Part shown: positions 37,140-46,402 of the stretch, piece after piece
How the letters are laid out: the number at the start of each line of letters is the position of its first letter
How positions within the stretch are numbered: the stretch's first letter is position 1
Assembly: GCA_023898605.1 (NCBI GenBank)
Contig: CP060230.1
Coordinates: forward strand, 241,662-305,661
Direction of reading: 5' to 3'
Source: Candidatus Nomurabacteria bacterium
Lineage (GTDB): Bacteria > Patescibacteriota > Minisyncoccia > Phycocordibacterales > UBA9973
DNA: 64,000 nucleotides
Notes under the pieces: model-generated
What the model was told of the DNA's origin: nothing
The model's database searches: none
The model's input: only the letters and a program-made list of their open reading frames with translations
Translations under genes and position numbers: made by a program

Positions 37140-37412
37140 ATGGGGGGAAAAAATTTTAATAAAAACCATCCTGAAAGATTGGATGATGAAGTTTTTATCA
37201 CAAACGCTACTGATAAGTTTGATTTTGAAGAACACAGATCAAGCTACGATGCTGTTGGCTGGAAAACCAAACGCAGAGGTGATGTATCCTACGACATAGA
37301 TGGTAAACCATTGGGACAAAGATGGCCTGGGTCATTCCCTGTTTTTGCGAAGATTGCTGAAATCGAAAAATCTGAAAACGGGAAAGAAATTCTGAAAAGA
37401 CTTCTTCCTTGA
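37140..37412 (+). CDS. hypothetical protein (90 aa)
   Basis: ORF followed by a terminator at 37435-37466. Confidence 0.45.
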   Translation: MGGKNFNKNHPERLDDEVFITNATDKFDFEEHRSSYDAVGWKTKRRGDVSYDIDGKPLGQRWPGSFPVFAKIAEIEKSENGKEILKRLLP

Positions 37413-37467
37413 CGAAACAATCCCGCCAGTACGGAAACCCGTCGCTGAGCGGGTTTTCTTTTTATTT

Positions 37468-37612
37468 AGTTTGAAGTGCCACTATCGGAAACACCTCAAA
37501 AATCTTAAAAACTTCCAATTCCCTTTTAATAGCATCCCAATTCAGAGTGGTGCCTGTCCGCCTCTGGCGGGAACCTGCCTTTGCCGGCATGCAGGCTTGT
37601 CTACTAGATGGA
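37468..37612 (+). repeat. Structured repeat family, copy A (~145 nt), ending in a GC-rich Y-shaped module at 37552-37595
   Basis: Aligns along its length with copies at 38149, 38936 and 39756. The Y module is gcctg-[ccgcc tct ggcgg]-aa-[cctgcc tttgcc ggcagg]-caggc. Confidence 0.8.
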
Positions 37613-37683
37613 GCTAGCTATTGACACTCAACAGAATATATTATAATGTAATACCAATTACGGTTATTTCACATTGTATTTGA

Positions 37684-38097
37684 TTGGTTTTCAGAGAAGA
37701 TTTTGTCTTTTGTGATAACCAATTAAATATAGAAGATATGAAAAGTTTAATTGATAAAATTAAAGGAACATTTATTTCGGCTCAAGAATTATTTGATACA
37801 TTCAAAGCTTTACAGCTTATGTCATCAGAAGATTTAATTGCCTTTTGGCAAACCATACAATTTACAATAGAGACCGAGGAAGCAAAATTAACATCCGATG
37901 ATAAAAAGAAAATCGGATACATTGAAAAAGTAATTGTGGAAAATATGGTAAATCTTTCCAAAGACGAACCTTCTCTTAAAGAAAAGTTTTATCAGATGGT
38001 TCTTGTAAGGGACAAGAAAAGAGACCCAATAGGAATGAGTAAATTGTTTGGAGCTAATTCAGACTACGAAAGTTCCTTAAGTGAAAAATTAAAATAA
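37684..38097 (+). CDS. hypothetical protein (possibly starting at MKSLIDK, 37738)
   Basis: ORF bounded by repeat A upstream and terminator plus repeat B downstream. Confidence 0.45.
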   Translation: MVFREDFVFCDNQLNIEDMKSLIDKIKGTFISAQELFDTFKALQLMSSEDLIAFWQTIQFTIETEEAKLTSDDKKKIGYIEKVIVENMVNLSKDEPSLKEKFYQMVLVRDKKRDPIGMSKLFGANSDYESSLSEKLK

Positions 38098-38148
38098 ATC
38101 CACTTTGTGGTAGAAACTTCTACCGCTTGGTGGATTTTTCTTTTTATT

Positions 38149-38255
38149 AGTTCTGAAGTGCCACCATCGGAAACATCTCAAAAATCTTAGAAAACTCTAA
38201 CTCTTTTTAATAGCAACCCGATTCAGGGTTCTGAACTCGTCCACTAGAGGAAGCC
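38149..38255 (+). repeat. Structured repeat family, copy B (5' two-thirds only; the GC-rich Y module is replaced by ggttctgaactcgtccactagagg)
   Basis: Over 80% identity to copy A across the first ~85 nt. Confidence 0.7.
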
Positions 38256-38354
38256 ATTAAAATCACTTTGTAAAACGAGGTGATTTTTTGATACCCAAAT
38301 AGGGTTCAGAACTTTTATAATAAAAAGAACACTTCTTGCGAAATGTTCTTATTA

Positions 38355-38900
38355 CTAATTTTTCAAATCACTACTAAGGTTGCTAGCAAAACGCCTTATG
38401 GCAGGTATTACATCGTGTCCAGTTAGATGTCGTAGTAGGTATAAAAAGTTTTGCGTATCTTTGTTGTTATCACAAAAACTTTCCAAACCATTTACAAGAG
38501 CATCTACTTTACGCGAAGTATCCCAAGCAGATAAGTTTACTTCTTTTATATCAACCGTAAGTGAAGGCATTAAAGTTTCAATACTCGCTATGTCTTCATA
38601 CTTTCTAATGAGCCTCTCAACACTGTTAAGATTTTCATCAGTGGCGGGCATTTTCAAAGATTGTAGATACATCCAACAAGTAATTTGCCAAAAAAGTTCT
38701 TTAATAAAGTTCTCAGAGTATTCGTACTCTTCGGGTGCTTCAACCGAACTTTTATAGAAAAGGTTTTCTTGTTTTCGTAATGCAAACAACCATTTTACAA
38801 ACTGTTCTGTAGATGTAACTACTGAAGTGTCTGTACCAAGTAGTAATTTTCGTATTTTTTCTCTCATAGAACAATGATTTATTAAAACATAATATATCAT
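38355..38900 (-). CDS. hypothetical protein (possible start at MREKIRK, 38867)
   Basis: ORF between repeat copies B and C. Confidence 0.45.
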   Translation of the reverse strand: MIYYVLINHCSMREKIRKLLLGTDTSVVTSTEQFVKWLFALRKQENLFYKSSVEAPEEYEYSENFIKELFWQITCWMYLQSLKMPATDENLNSVERLIRKYEDIASIETLMPSLTVDIKEVNLSAWDTSRKVDALVNGLESFCDNNKDTQNFLYLLRHLTGHDVIPAIRRFASNLSSDLKN

Positions 38901-38935
38901 AAATTATGTATTTGTAAATAGGTATATAAGTTGCG

Positions 38936-39083
38936 AGTTCTGAAGTGTTACCACCGGAACCACCTCAAAAATCTTAAAAATTCCAATTCCCTTTTAATTG
39001 CAGTCCAATTCAGAGTGGCGCCTGTCCGCCTCTGGCGGGAACCTGCCTTTGCCGGCAGGCAGGCTTGTACAACAGAGGGAGCC
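38936..39083 (+). repeat. Structured repeat family, copy C (full length; Y module at 39020-39064)
   Basis: Near-identical to copy A, including the Y module and the downstream gtacaacagagggag tail. Confidence 0.8.
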
Positions 39084-39218
39084 AAAAAAATATTCTATTT
39101 CTGCTATAATGTACTTACACAAGAATCCTTGCACAATTGTATAAGTAGGTGTATAATATGTCTATCACTATGAAAGAGACCCTTGTGTGGATTCGTCCAC
39201 ATTGGGGGCTTTTTCTTT

Positions 39219-39698
39219 TCAGGCTCTGGTAGAAAATTTATGGTACAAATCGTTTAGAAAAGTGATTTCTATATTCTTGTTTCGTATTAAAATAGAACAT
39301 TTATTTTCATCTGGAGACAAAACTCCGATGATAGCATTATTGTCTTTAAGAAATTCTACAAGACATCCAAAATCTCCGTCTCCTGTAATTAAAATACATT
39401 TATCAAAAGATTTAGTGTAGAAATCAGAGACCGTTTTCAGTACTAATTCTGCATCACAATTCCCTTTGATTTTCTCTCCTACTGACACCGTTTGTTTAAA
39501 GACCAAAATATAACCACAGCTTTGTAAATGTTCATAGAATTTAACTCTTTCTGGTACCAAGCCGATGAAAAGATAAACATTGCTAGCATTATATTTCTGT
39601 CTAAGCCATCCCCTCAATTTCTTGTAATCAAGATTAAAACCAAGTTCTTTAGCAGAGCGGTATAAATTATTACCATCTATATAAATATTGGTTTTCAT
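39219..39698 (-). CDS. NYN-domain (LabA/Zc3h12a-like PIN-fold) putative RNase
   Basis: IYIDGNNLYRSAKELG...GNCDAELVL...LITGDGDFGCLVEFL: NYN acidic-residue pattern. Confidence 0.6.
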   Translation of the reverse strand: MKTNIYIDGNNLYRSAKELGFNLDYKKLRGWLRQKYNASNVYLFIGLVPERVKFYEHLQSCGYILVFKQTVSVGEKIKGNCDAELVLKTVSDFYTKSFDKCILITGDGDFGCLVEFLKDNNAIIGVLSPDENKCSILIRNKNIEITFLNDLYHKFSTRA

Positions 39699-39755
39699 AA
39701 TTTATATAATACCACTTATATATTATTTTCTAAAACCACTTTCGAATATACTCTC

Positions 39756-39817
39756 GCGCCTGTCCGCCTCTGGCGGGAACCTGCCTTTGTCGGCAGGCAG
39801 GCTTGTCCAGTGGAAAG
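39756..39817 (+). repeat. Structured repeat family, copy D (Y module plus tail only)
   Basis: gcgcctgtccgcctctggcgggaacctgcctttgtcggcaggcaggcttgtccagtgg. Confidence 0.75.
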
Positions 39818-39980
39818 ATTTTAAAAATTAAAAATAGACAAAAAATATGCTATTATAAAAATAAGGTTGGACTTATGTACCGTAAAATAAAGCCAATAGT
39901 ACCAAGGTATCTACTGGACCCCTCAACCCGTCGCGCCGCAAGGCTACTAACGACGGGTTTTCTTCTGCTATAATACCCTC

Positions 39981-40187
39981 ATGCAAAAAATAGCCACAAA
40001 AATATTTATTTATTCATCTATCACTTTTGGTATAGTTGGCATAACTCTAGTTGCCATAGGTGGTATGGATGGTGAATCTACAGCATTTAGCGAGGTCCTG
40101 ATACGACTACTACAAGCCACTATATTTATCATCCTTCCCTCTTTTGCCCTCAGTCTCGCTGGCAAATACCTAAACGGGAAGATATAA
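39981..40187 (+). CDS. small two-helix membrane protein (68 aa)
   Basis: Two hydrophobic segments. Confidence 0.4.
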   Translation: MQKIATKIFIYSSITFGIVGITLVAIGGMDGESTAFSEVLIRLLQATIFIILPSFALSLAGKYLNGKI

Positions 40188-40282
40188 CGAGCGACAAATA
40201 GCGTTTTTATCTGTGTAGCAAAATAGATATAAATGTACTATACTAATTTAACGAAAAAAGATTAATATAATTCAAAAACAAT

Positions 40283-40408
40283 ATGGGAAAAAGACCAAAC
40301 TCACTTAGACCACACAAGAAGTCAAAAGGATCTCCAAAAACAAAAAAACGACTTGAAATAAAGAAAGAGATGCTTGCTTCTAGAAAAAAGAAAAGCGCGA
40401 AAAAATAA
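40283..40408 (+). CDS. small highly basic protein (41 aa), not in the ORF track
   Basis: Manual translation MGKRPNSLRPHKKSKGSPKTKKRLEIKKEMLASRKKKSAKK. TATAAT at 40266-40271 and a perfect terminator at 40412-40437. Confidence 0.4.
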   Translation: MGKRPNSLRPHKKSKGSPKTKKRLEIKKEMLASRKKKSAKK

Positions 40409-40477
40409 ACAAAAACCCCGCCACGGCGGGGTTTTTTCATGATATTATTAGATCAATTAGAATAATCACAAAAATTT

Positions 40478-40702
40478 ATGCAAAACAAACAAGCAGGTTT
40501 TATAAAAGTTTTTATATTTGCAATACTTGGTTTCTTACTGGTGGCACTACTAGTCAAAGACAAAGATGGCAATAATCTCATCAAGCAAGTGACAACGGGT
40601 GGCTTCTCTGCCAACAAAGACAAGGTGGACGAAAGCGTCCAAGGATACAAAGACCTCCAAGCACAAAGAGATCAACAGTTTCAAGACCTATTGGAAGAAT
40701 AA
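40478..40702 (+). CDS. small membrane protein (74 aa)
   Basis: N-terminal TM helix. Confidence 0.4.
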   Translation: MQNKQAGFIKVFIFAILGFLLVALLVKDKDGNNLIKQVTTGGFSANKDKVDESVQGYKDLQAQRDQQFQDLLEE

Positions 40703-40703
40703 A

Positions 40704-40982
40704 ATGAATATAGAAAAAAACGACATCGATATACTAAAGCATGTAGAATCTCTGACAGAAAAGATAAACGATTCTATGGAAAAACAAGGCAAGAAGGTTT
40801 TCGAAAGATATCCCGTGACCTTTGGGATACTCATACTCTCTGGAGTGATAATGGTTAGCGAGGGAGTAAAGATCATACTCGGAAACCTAGGTCTTTTCGA
40901 CAATAGCCCCTATGTTGTACTAGGTGTTGGCATACTTATACTTGTGATAACTGGAAGCTTGTATAGAAAGTTAAATAAATAA
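40704..40982 (+). CDS. small membrane protein (92 aa; start moved to MNIEKND, directly after the upstream stop)
   Basis: Two TM helices. Terminator at 40981-41008. Confidence 0.45.
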   Translation: MNIEKNDIDILKHVESLTEKINDSMEKQGKKVFERYPVTFGILILSGVIMVSEGVKIILGNLGLFDNSPYVVLGVGILILVITGSLYRKLNK

Positions 40983-41006
40983 AACAGCCCCCTAGTTGGG
41001 GGCTTT

Positions 41007-41687
41007 TTATTCGATACTTGCAGGTCCATATATACAAAAATTTCTTCCGGTATAAACTGCCCACATTCTGTCTCCATAACAATAATGCCACCATTCTCCC
41101 GGATACCAAACGAAACCTTGTGATTCCATTCTTTTGCGAAGAATTTTTCTATTTTTTCTTTGGTTTTTTGTAAGCAAACTAAAAAACAAAAAACTTTTTG
41201 GAAACATAGGGAACCTCGTCCTTTCTTCTTTTGTAGAATCTAAAGATGGATAAGGCGAACCCATGTCCAATAAATTTCCATTTTTGTCCGCTAAAGTTAC
41301 GTCTATAGCCCCACCACAGTTATGATTAGCAAGTAGATTTGGTCTTGCTATAACCATAGAAGTTTTTCTTTCTATCTCTTCGTTGCTCAATTTTGGAAAA
41401 AGTTTTTTTATATTATTGAAAGCAACTAACCAAGACTTTTGTTGATCTCCGACAGACCTATATCCCTCTATAACAACAAGCGAAAGATTATCTGGTAAAG
41501 ATTCGGAAACCTTGTATAGCTTATCTGCGATGGATTTTCTGACAAAAAACTTCTGTTCATATGATTTTTTGATAATACCCAGCTTCAGCTTTGGATTTTC
41601 TTCAAGAAGAACAAGTGTCTCACCATTTTCATATATTTTGACGCTGCTCCAAGCATCTCTAGATAAAACTTTTCTTATTTGTTTCAT
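41007..41687 (-). CDS. D-alanyl-D-alanine dipeptidase (VanX/DdpX family)
   Basis: VIEGYRS...HNCGGAIDVTL...GEWWHY zinc-dipeptidase motifs. Start moved to MKQIRKV. Confidence 0.7.
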   Translation of the reverse strand: MKQIRKVLSRDAWSSVKIYENGETLVLLEENPKLKLGIIKKSYEQKFFVRKSIADKLYKVSESLPDNLSLVVIEGYRSVGDQQKSWLVAFNNIKKLFPKLSNEEIERKTSMVIARPNLLANHNCGGAIDVTLADKNGNLLDMGSPYPSLDSTKEERTRFPMFPKSFLFFSLLTKNQRKNRKILRKRMESQGFVWYPGEWWHYCYGDRMWAVYTGRNFCIYGPASIE

Positions 41688-41791
41688 GATTTTTGTATTT
41701 TTGTTTATGTTACCAAAAAATATTATTAAATAATAGAATTTGACATTTGTCTTTTTGTGTAGTAATTTAAAATAAATTAAACAATCAAATA

Positions 41792-42127
41792 ATGTCAACG
41801 ACCAAGGAAGAAGCTCGTCTTAAAAAAGAACATGCTCGACTAAACAAACAGTATGAAAAATTCATTTTTAAACTTCGCTGGGATTTTTTTTCAAAACGAG
41901 AAAATAAAATACCTACGAGTGACAAGGTGGTAGAGATAATGACCCAGCAAGAGAGAGAGGACCTGAGAAGGTTGCAATCTGTTGCAATAAATAGATGGAA
42001 CGAGTACGTAACTCCAATAGCAGAAAAGTGGTGGAGAGACCGCGGCTGGGGAGTTATATGGCCAGATGATGACTCAAAGCCTATGCAAGCCTATAAACTT
42101 GATCCAGAAAAAGAAACAGCCCCCTAG
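41792..42127 (+). CDS. hypothetical protein
   Basis: ORF. Its terminator at 42114-42143 is identical in sequence to the one at 40981-41008. Confidence 0.4.
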   Translation: MSTTKEEARLKKEHARLNKQYEKFIFKLRWDFFSKRENKIPTSDKVVEIMTQQEREDLRRLQSVAINRWNEYVTPIAEKWWRDRGWGVIWPDDDSKPMQAYKLDPEKETAP

Positions 42128-42360
42128 TTGGGGGCTTTTTTTATGCATTCTTTTTTCTCACAGGAATAAATATTCCGAGAAACAACCAGCCGAGAATGAT
42201 GACAGCCGAACCAACAAGGGAGCAAGCTGTCAGAAAATCAAATATCTTTTGTGAATCCATGGTACTAGCTTTTTTCGCATATTAACCAAATATCTCTATA
42301 ATGTCAAAAATAAGTATTTTTCTGTTATAATCTAGTCACTTATAAACCAAGAAAAATATT

Positions 42361-42870
42361 ATGGAAATAACAGTAAAAGAACTAAAAGAAAAGATGTCTG
42401 ATCCAAACTGGAGAGAGGACAGTATACTAGTAGACGTCAGAGCTCCAGGTGAACACAAGGCAGAGAGAATCGCATCGAGTATCAATATCCCACTCGAAAA
42501 ACTAAAAGACTTCAAAGACGAGCTTTCAAAATACAAAAACGTATATCTACACTGCGAAACAGGCGGTAGAAGCACCGAGGCGTGTAGCAAACTCAAAGAA
42601 ATGAACTTGGAAAATTTCATAAACGTAGAAGGTGGAATAACCGAGTGGAAAGAAGAACACCTACCTATCCTGAAAAGTGGTGGAATGAATATACATAGAC
42701 AAGTTATGCTTACAGCTGGGATACTTGTTCTGGTTGGAGTTCTACTTTCTTTATATAGAACTGGTTTTATAGCGATAAGTATATTTGTAAGTATCGGGCT
42801 TATATTTGGAGGAGTGACAAACATATGCTTTATGGCAAGATTCTTGAGAAAAATGCCTTGGAATAGATAA
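42361..42870 (+). CDS. rhodanese-domain sulfurtransferase fused to a C-terminal membrane domain (DUF2892-like)
   Basis: Rhodanese active-site loop YLHCETGGRS, then two TM helices. Confidence 0.7.
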   Translation: MEITVKELKEKMSDPNWREDSILVDVRAPGEHKAERIASSINIPLEKLKDFKDELSKYKNVYLHCETGGRSTEACSKLKEMNLENFINVEGGITEWKEEHLPILKSGGMNIHRQVMLTAGILVLVGVLLSLYRTGFIAISIFVSIGLIFGGVTNICFMARFLRKMPWNR

Positions 42871-42903
42871 ATAAAAAAACCCGGTGTTCTGCCGGGTTTT
42901 TAG

Positions 42904-43194
42904 TTACATACCGCTGCCTTCATGGACGCTTTCCAAAGAATTGTTCCACACCCGTTCAAGAACATCGACTTTTCTGTCCCCTTCTTGAAAAGTGATTGAA
43001 CTTGCAACCTCTTTGAAGTGGCGTATCTTTGTCACCGCCTCGATCTGTTTTGCGGAAGACTTTGGACTATCCAGTATGCCTTGCATAAACTCCGGAAATT
43101 TTCCATGATCAAAGACAAACCTCAAAACATCTATGTAAGGAAGTTTTTCTTCTACGTCTAGATCCAGAGATTCGTAAGTTTTTCTAAAGTTCAT
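42904..43194 (-). CDS. hypothetical protein
   Basis: ORF only. Confidence 0.35.
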   Translation of the reverse strand: MNFRKTYESLDLDVEEKLPYIDVLRFVFDHGKFPEFMQGILDSPKSSAKQIEAVTKIRHFKEVASSITFQEGDRKVDVLERVWNNSLESVHEGSGM

Positions 43195-43286
43195 TTTTCA
43201 GGTTTTTTCTTATAGTACTTTTTATATTGACTCTAGTCAAACAAACAAAAAAGAGCGCTCATATGATACGCTCTTTTTTGGAAAAA

Positions 43287-43382
43287 TTATCTTTTCTTTG
43301 ACGCCTTTTTTGTTGCCTTTTTAGTTGCTTTTTTAGCTGCCTTCTTTGGAGCCTTTTTTGCAACTTTCTTCTTTGCTGCCAT
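43287..43382 (-). CDS. Lys/Ala-rich basic mini-protein (31 aa; histone H1-like), paralog of 55518-55658
   Basis: Manual translation MAAKKKVAKKAPKKAAKKATKKATKKASKKR, with a terminator just downstream (43240-43272). The ORF-track entry 43259-43465 is in another frame. Confidence 0.5.
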   Translation of the reverse strand: MAAKKKVAKKAPKKAAKKATKKATKKASKKR

Positions 43383-43589
43383 AAAAATATAGAATGAATT
43401 TTATATAAAAATTCGACCCGTGAAGGTCCTATATGGCTCTCATCGATTCCACTAGGTGTCATCACTCACTGAGAATTGTAGCAAGCCTATTAACTCTAGC
43501 AATATGTTTTTGAAACAAGAGGCTGTGGATTAAATCAAAATAAATTAATGATTGACAAAAGACTCGTATTGATTTAATCTCTTTGGAAA

Positions 43590-44610
43590 CCAAAACCCCT
43601 CCAGCTACCCCTCAAGCAGAACACATTGCTGTTCTTTATAGTACACACTAGGAATTCTAAAATCAATCACTTCTCTCGGTCGGTCATTGATGAAGGAAAG
43701 AATACTTTCAATTTCTTCATCAGTTACGGTACTAACGTCTCTCTTCTTGGGTACAAAACATCTAATCCATCTATTGGTATTCTCTACCAGCCCCTTCTCC
43801 CATGAATGATAGGGATGTGTGAAGTATATGTTAGTATTTAATTGCTCTTCAATCACTTTCCAGTGATTGAAAGCGATGTCATTGTCAGTGGTTATAGTTT
43901 TAAGAGATTGACCATTGAACATTTCAGAAAGCGCGTGATTGATAGTCACGTGTTTTCTGTTTGGGAGCCTCTTTATGAGAGTATGTTTAGTTAAGCGATC
44001 AGTCGCCACAAGAAGTGACCAGGTGCTTTTTTTAGAAACAATAAAATCTACCTCCCAGTGACCAACACCAACTAATACGGGCCTATTTTTAATATATTTT
44101 CTATTATCTTTAGGGTTATCATATTTATACCTCTTCCTTCCACTCTTTTTCTTGTTCCATGACCAAAACAGGTACCTTTCTAGACATCTAGAGTCAATAA
44201 ACTTATATATTGCTTTATCTGAACATGTTATTTCATGTTCTTTATCTAAATACCCACTTATTTGTTTAGGTGACCATTTTTCAATAAGTTTCTTCTCCAC
44301 AAACCCAACTAAGAATCTATCCATAGAGACTTTCAAGCACTGCCTCTTTGATCTCCATCTTTTAATATATGATCTATGTTGGGCTTTATCTGCTATATAT
44401 TCTCCATTTACTCTATTTCTGTTGACTTCACTACTTATAGTACTTGGGCTTCTACCTAATAGCATAGCTATATCTCTAATCTTTATGCTTCTACTCAATG
44501 ATTTTTCAATCACAAATCTTTCCTCAAAAGAAAGATGTTTATATTGTTTTTTCTTTTTCATATGACAATAAACTTAACTTATAAATTGTTCTGCTTCAAA
44601 GTTCGTTGGG
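43590..44610 (-). mobile_element. IS30-family insertion sequence (~1 kb), boundaries approximate
   Basis: DDE transposase ORF. Imperfect terminal inverted repeats sharing aagcagaaca near 43611-43622 and 44590-44601 (reverse complement). Confidence 0.6.
43605..44561 (-). CDS. IS30-family transposase (N-terminal HTH, DDE catalytic domain)
   Basis: HWEVDFI, TDNDIAF, PYHSWEKGLVENTN motifs typical of IS30 transposases. Confidence 0.85.
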   Translation of the reverse strand: MKKKKQYKHLSFEERFVIEKSLSRSIKIRDIAMLLGRSPSTISSEVNRNRVNGEYIADKAQHRSYIKRWRSKRQCLKVSMDRFLVGFVEKKLIEKWSPKQISGYLDKEHEITCSDKAIYKFIDSRCLERYLFWSWNKKKSGRKRYKYDNPKDNRKYIKNRPVLVGVGHWEVDFIVSKKSTWSLLVATDRLTKHTLIKRLPNRKHVTINHALSEMFNGQSLKTITTDNDIAFNHWKVIEEQLNTNIYFTHPYHSWEKGLVENTNRWIRCFVPKKRDVSTVTDEEIESILSFINDRPREVIDFRIPSVYYKEQQCVLLEG

Positions 44611-44626
44611 GGACCGTTATTTTATT

Positions 44627-45001
44627 ATGACAACAACAGCACTGCAAACAGGAGTATTCCAGAAGATTGAAATTAGTGAAATAATTCAATCACTACAGGG
44701 AGGATTTGAGGCTCAAAGAGACCGCGACCTGCCCTCAGCTATCCGATTCGGATTCAGAGAAACTCACTCTCTTTGGCCTAAAAGTAGCCCCGGTGTAAAC
44801 ATCGGCTATGGCAAAGATGGCAGCAGAGAAAAAATTCACGTTGAAAGGCCAAGCGGTTTTATGACCCTTGAGTTCCGAAACGGAAAACTGGTGACATCCG
44901 ATGGCCAGCAAGGCCATGTAAGGTATTTGGGTTCCTACAACAGAGAATCCCAAGCTGCAGAAGAATTACTTTTCCAAGTAAGAGAAGTGGCTAACACCTA
45001 A
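44627..45001 (+). CDS. hypothetical protein (start at MTTTALQ)
   Basis: ORF. Terminator at 45005-45033. Confidence 0.4.
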   Translation: MTTTALQTGVFQKIEISEIIQSLQGGFEAQRDRDLPSAIRFGFRETHSLWPKSSPGVNIGYGKDGSREKIHVERPSGFMTLEFRNGKLVTSDGQQGHVRYLGSYNRESQAAEELLFQVREVANT

Positions 45002-45031
45002 ACCAAAGCCCCGCATACCGCGGGGCTTTTT

Positions 45032-45574
45032 TTATCCATGATGCATCAGTTTATGAAAGTCTATATGTTTATCGAATCGCAAGAATCCTACAAATACTGA
45101 CGCAAGTAAAAGTGCGTTATTTATTATCGCTGGTATAGATCCTACTATTATAGAGTATATAAGCCATAGAGTTACTCCGCCCAAAGAAAACTCTCTTATC
45201 AAGTTTGATTTATCGTTCCACCTAGCATAAGTTCCAACGACTGTTCCGCAAAGTGGCAATAAACTAAACCATCCTTCCCATGCAAAAAACAAAGTTAATG
45301 CTACAAGTAGAATCATAAAGAAAAACATCCATATCTTGTGATTGGCCCAACTTTCTTTTGTCTTTTCATAAAAAACCGCGTTTCTAGCTGCAATAACCGC
45401 ACTTATCGTCGCTCCAGAAAAAGCTCCTATCAAGAAAAAGTGCACTGCAAAAAATATAGCCCCTATCCCCTGTCGAAAAAGTATTTTTGACCGATCATTG
45501 GCCTGAAAAGAAAAAAGCTGGAACAAAAGTCCGAAGAATCCTAGGCCTTGGATAAGAAGCTGATTGTCTAACAT
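45032..45574 (-). CDS. YgjV-like inner-membrane protein
   Basis: Multiple TM helices. Size and pattern resemble the YgjV family. Confidence 0.45.
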   Translation of the reverse strand: MLDNQLLIQGLGFFGLLFQLFSFQANDRSKILFRQGIGAIFFAVHFFLIGAFSGATISAVIAARNAVFYEKTKESWANHKIWMFFFMILLVALTLFFAWEGWFSLLPLCGTVVGTYARWNDKSNLIREFSLGGVTLWLIYSIIVGSIPAIINNALLLASVFVGFLRFDKHIDFHKLMHHG

Positions 45575-45686
45575 AGGCTTATAATACCACGCTTTTATGC
45601 GATTATGAAAAATCTGTGCTTCTGTTATAATAGTTGTGTCCGAAACCTTATCGGTCTTAGTAGTTCAATTAAAATCAAAGTAAATT

Positions 45687-46340
45687 ATGAAAAAGTTTTT
45701 AGCTTTTGTTGTCTTGGCTCTTGCTATAGTAGTAATCATAGTAATCTCAGACAAGAAAGACGATGTAGATACAGATGAAAATCTATCTACACAAATGCCT
45801 GCTTCACTTGTTGAAGAGGAAAATGCTGTTATCCTAGCTGATCAAAAGCCAGGTATGGCTGCAACAGTTAGCTATGCAAAGCTAGCACAACCAGGTTTCA
45901 TCATCATATACAAAACTGATACTGAAACAAATACAAAAAAAGTAGTTGGTACAAGTGCCCTACTTCCAGCTGGAGAAAACTTCAATGTTGAAGTTACTCT
46001 AACAGAAGAAACAACTTCTGGAGACTCTATCTCAGCAGAACTTACAGCTGACGACGGAGACGGAGAATACAGCGAGGAAACTGATACTCCTGTTCTAGAT
46101 GGCGAAGAAGCTGTCTCAAGCGATGGAGAAATCAGCGAAGACGCACCAGCTATAGAAGAGATAGTAGTATCTGATCTTGTAGAAGAAGAAGGATACACTC
46201 TTGTAGAAGAAACAGTAGTCGAAGAAGAGGTCATGACAGATGACGAATCTTCTGACGAAGAAGTTATGACAGAGGGAGAAACAGAAGAAGGAGAAGTCAT
46301 GACAGATGAAACTACAGACGAAGAATCAACAAATCAATAA
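45687..46340 (+). CDS. secreted, highly acidic, repeat-containing protein
   Basis: Signal anchor, then a D/E/T-rich low-complexity region with EEVMTD-like repeats. Terminator at 46364-46392. Confidence 0.45.
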   Translation: MKKFLAFVVLALAIVVIIVISDKKDDVDTDENLSTQMPASLVEEENAVILADQKPGMAATVSYAKLAQPGFIIIYKTDTETNTKKVVGTSALLPAGENFNVEVTLTEETTSGDSISAELTADDGDGEYSEETDTPVLDGEEAVSSDGEISEDAPAIEEIVVSDLVEEEGYTLVEETVVEEEVMTDDESSDEEVMTEGETEEGEVMTDETTDEESTNQ

Positions 46341-46402
46341 TTTGTTTTTCTAAATCAAAATACAAAAAACCCCGATAATCGGGGTTTTTTGTTGTTAGAA
46401 GA

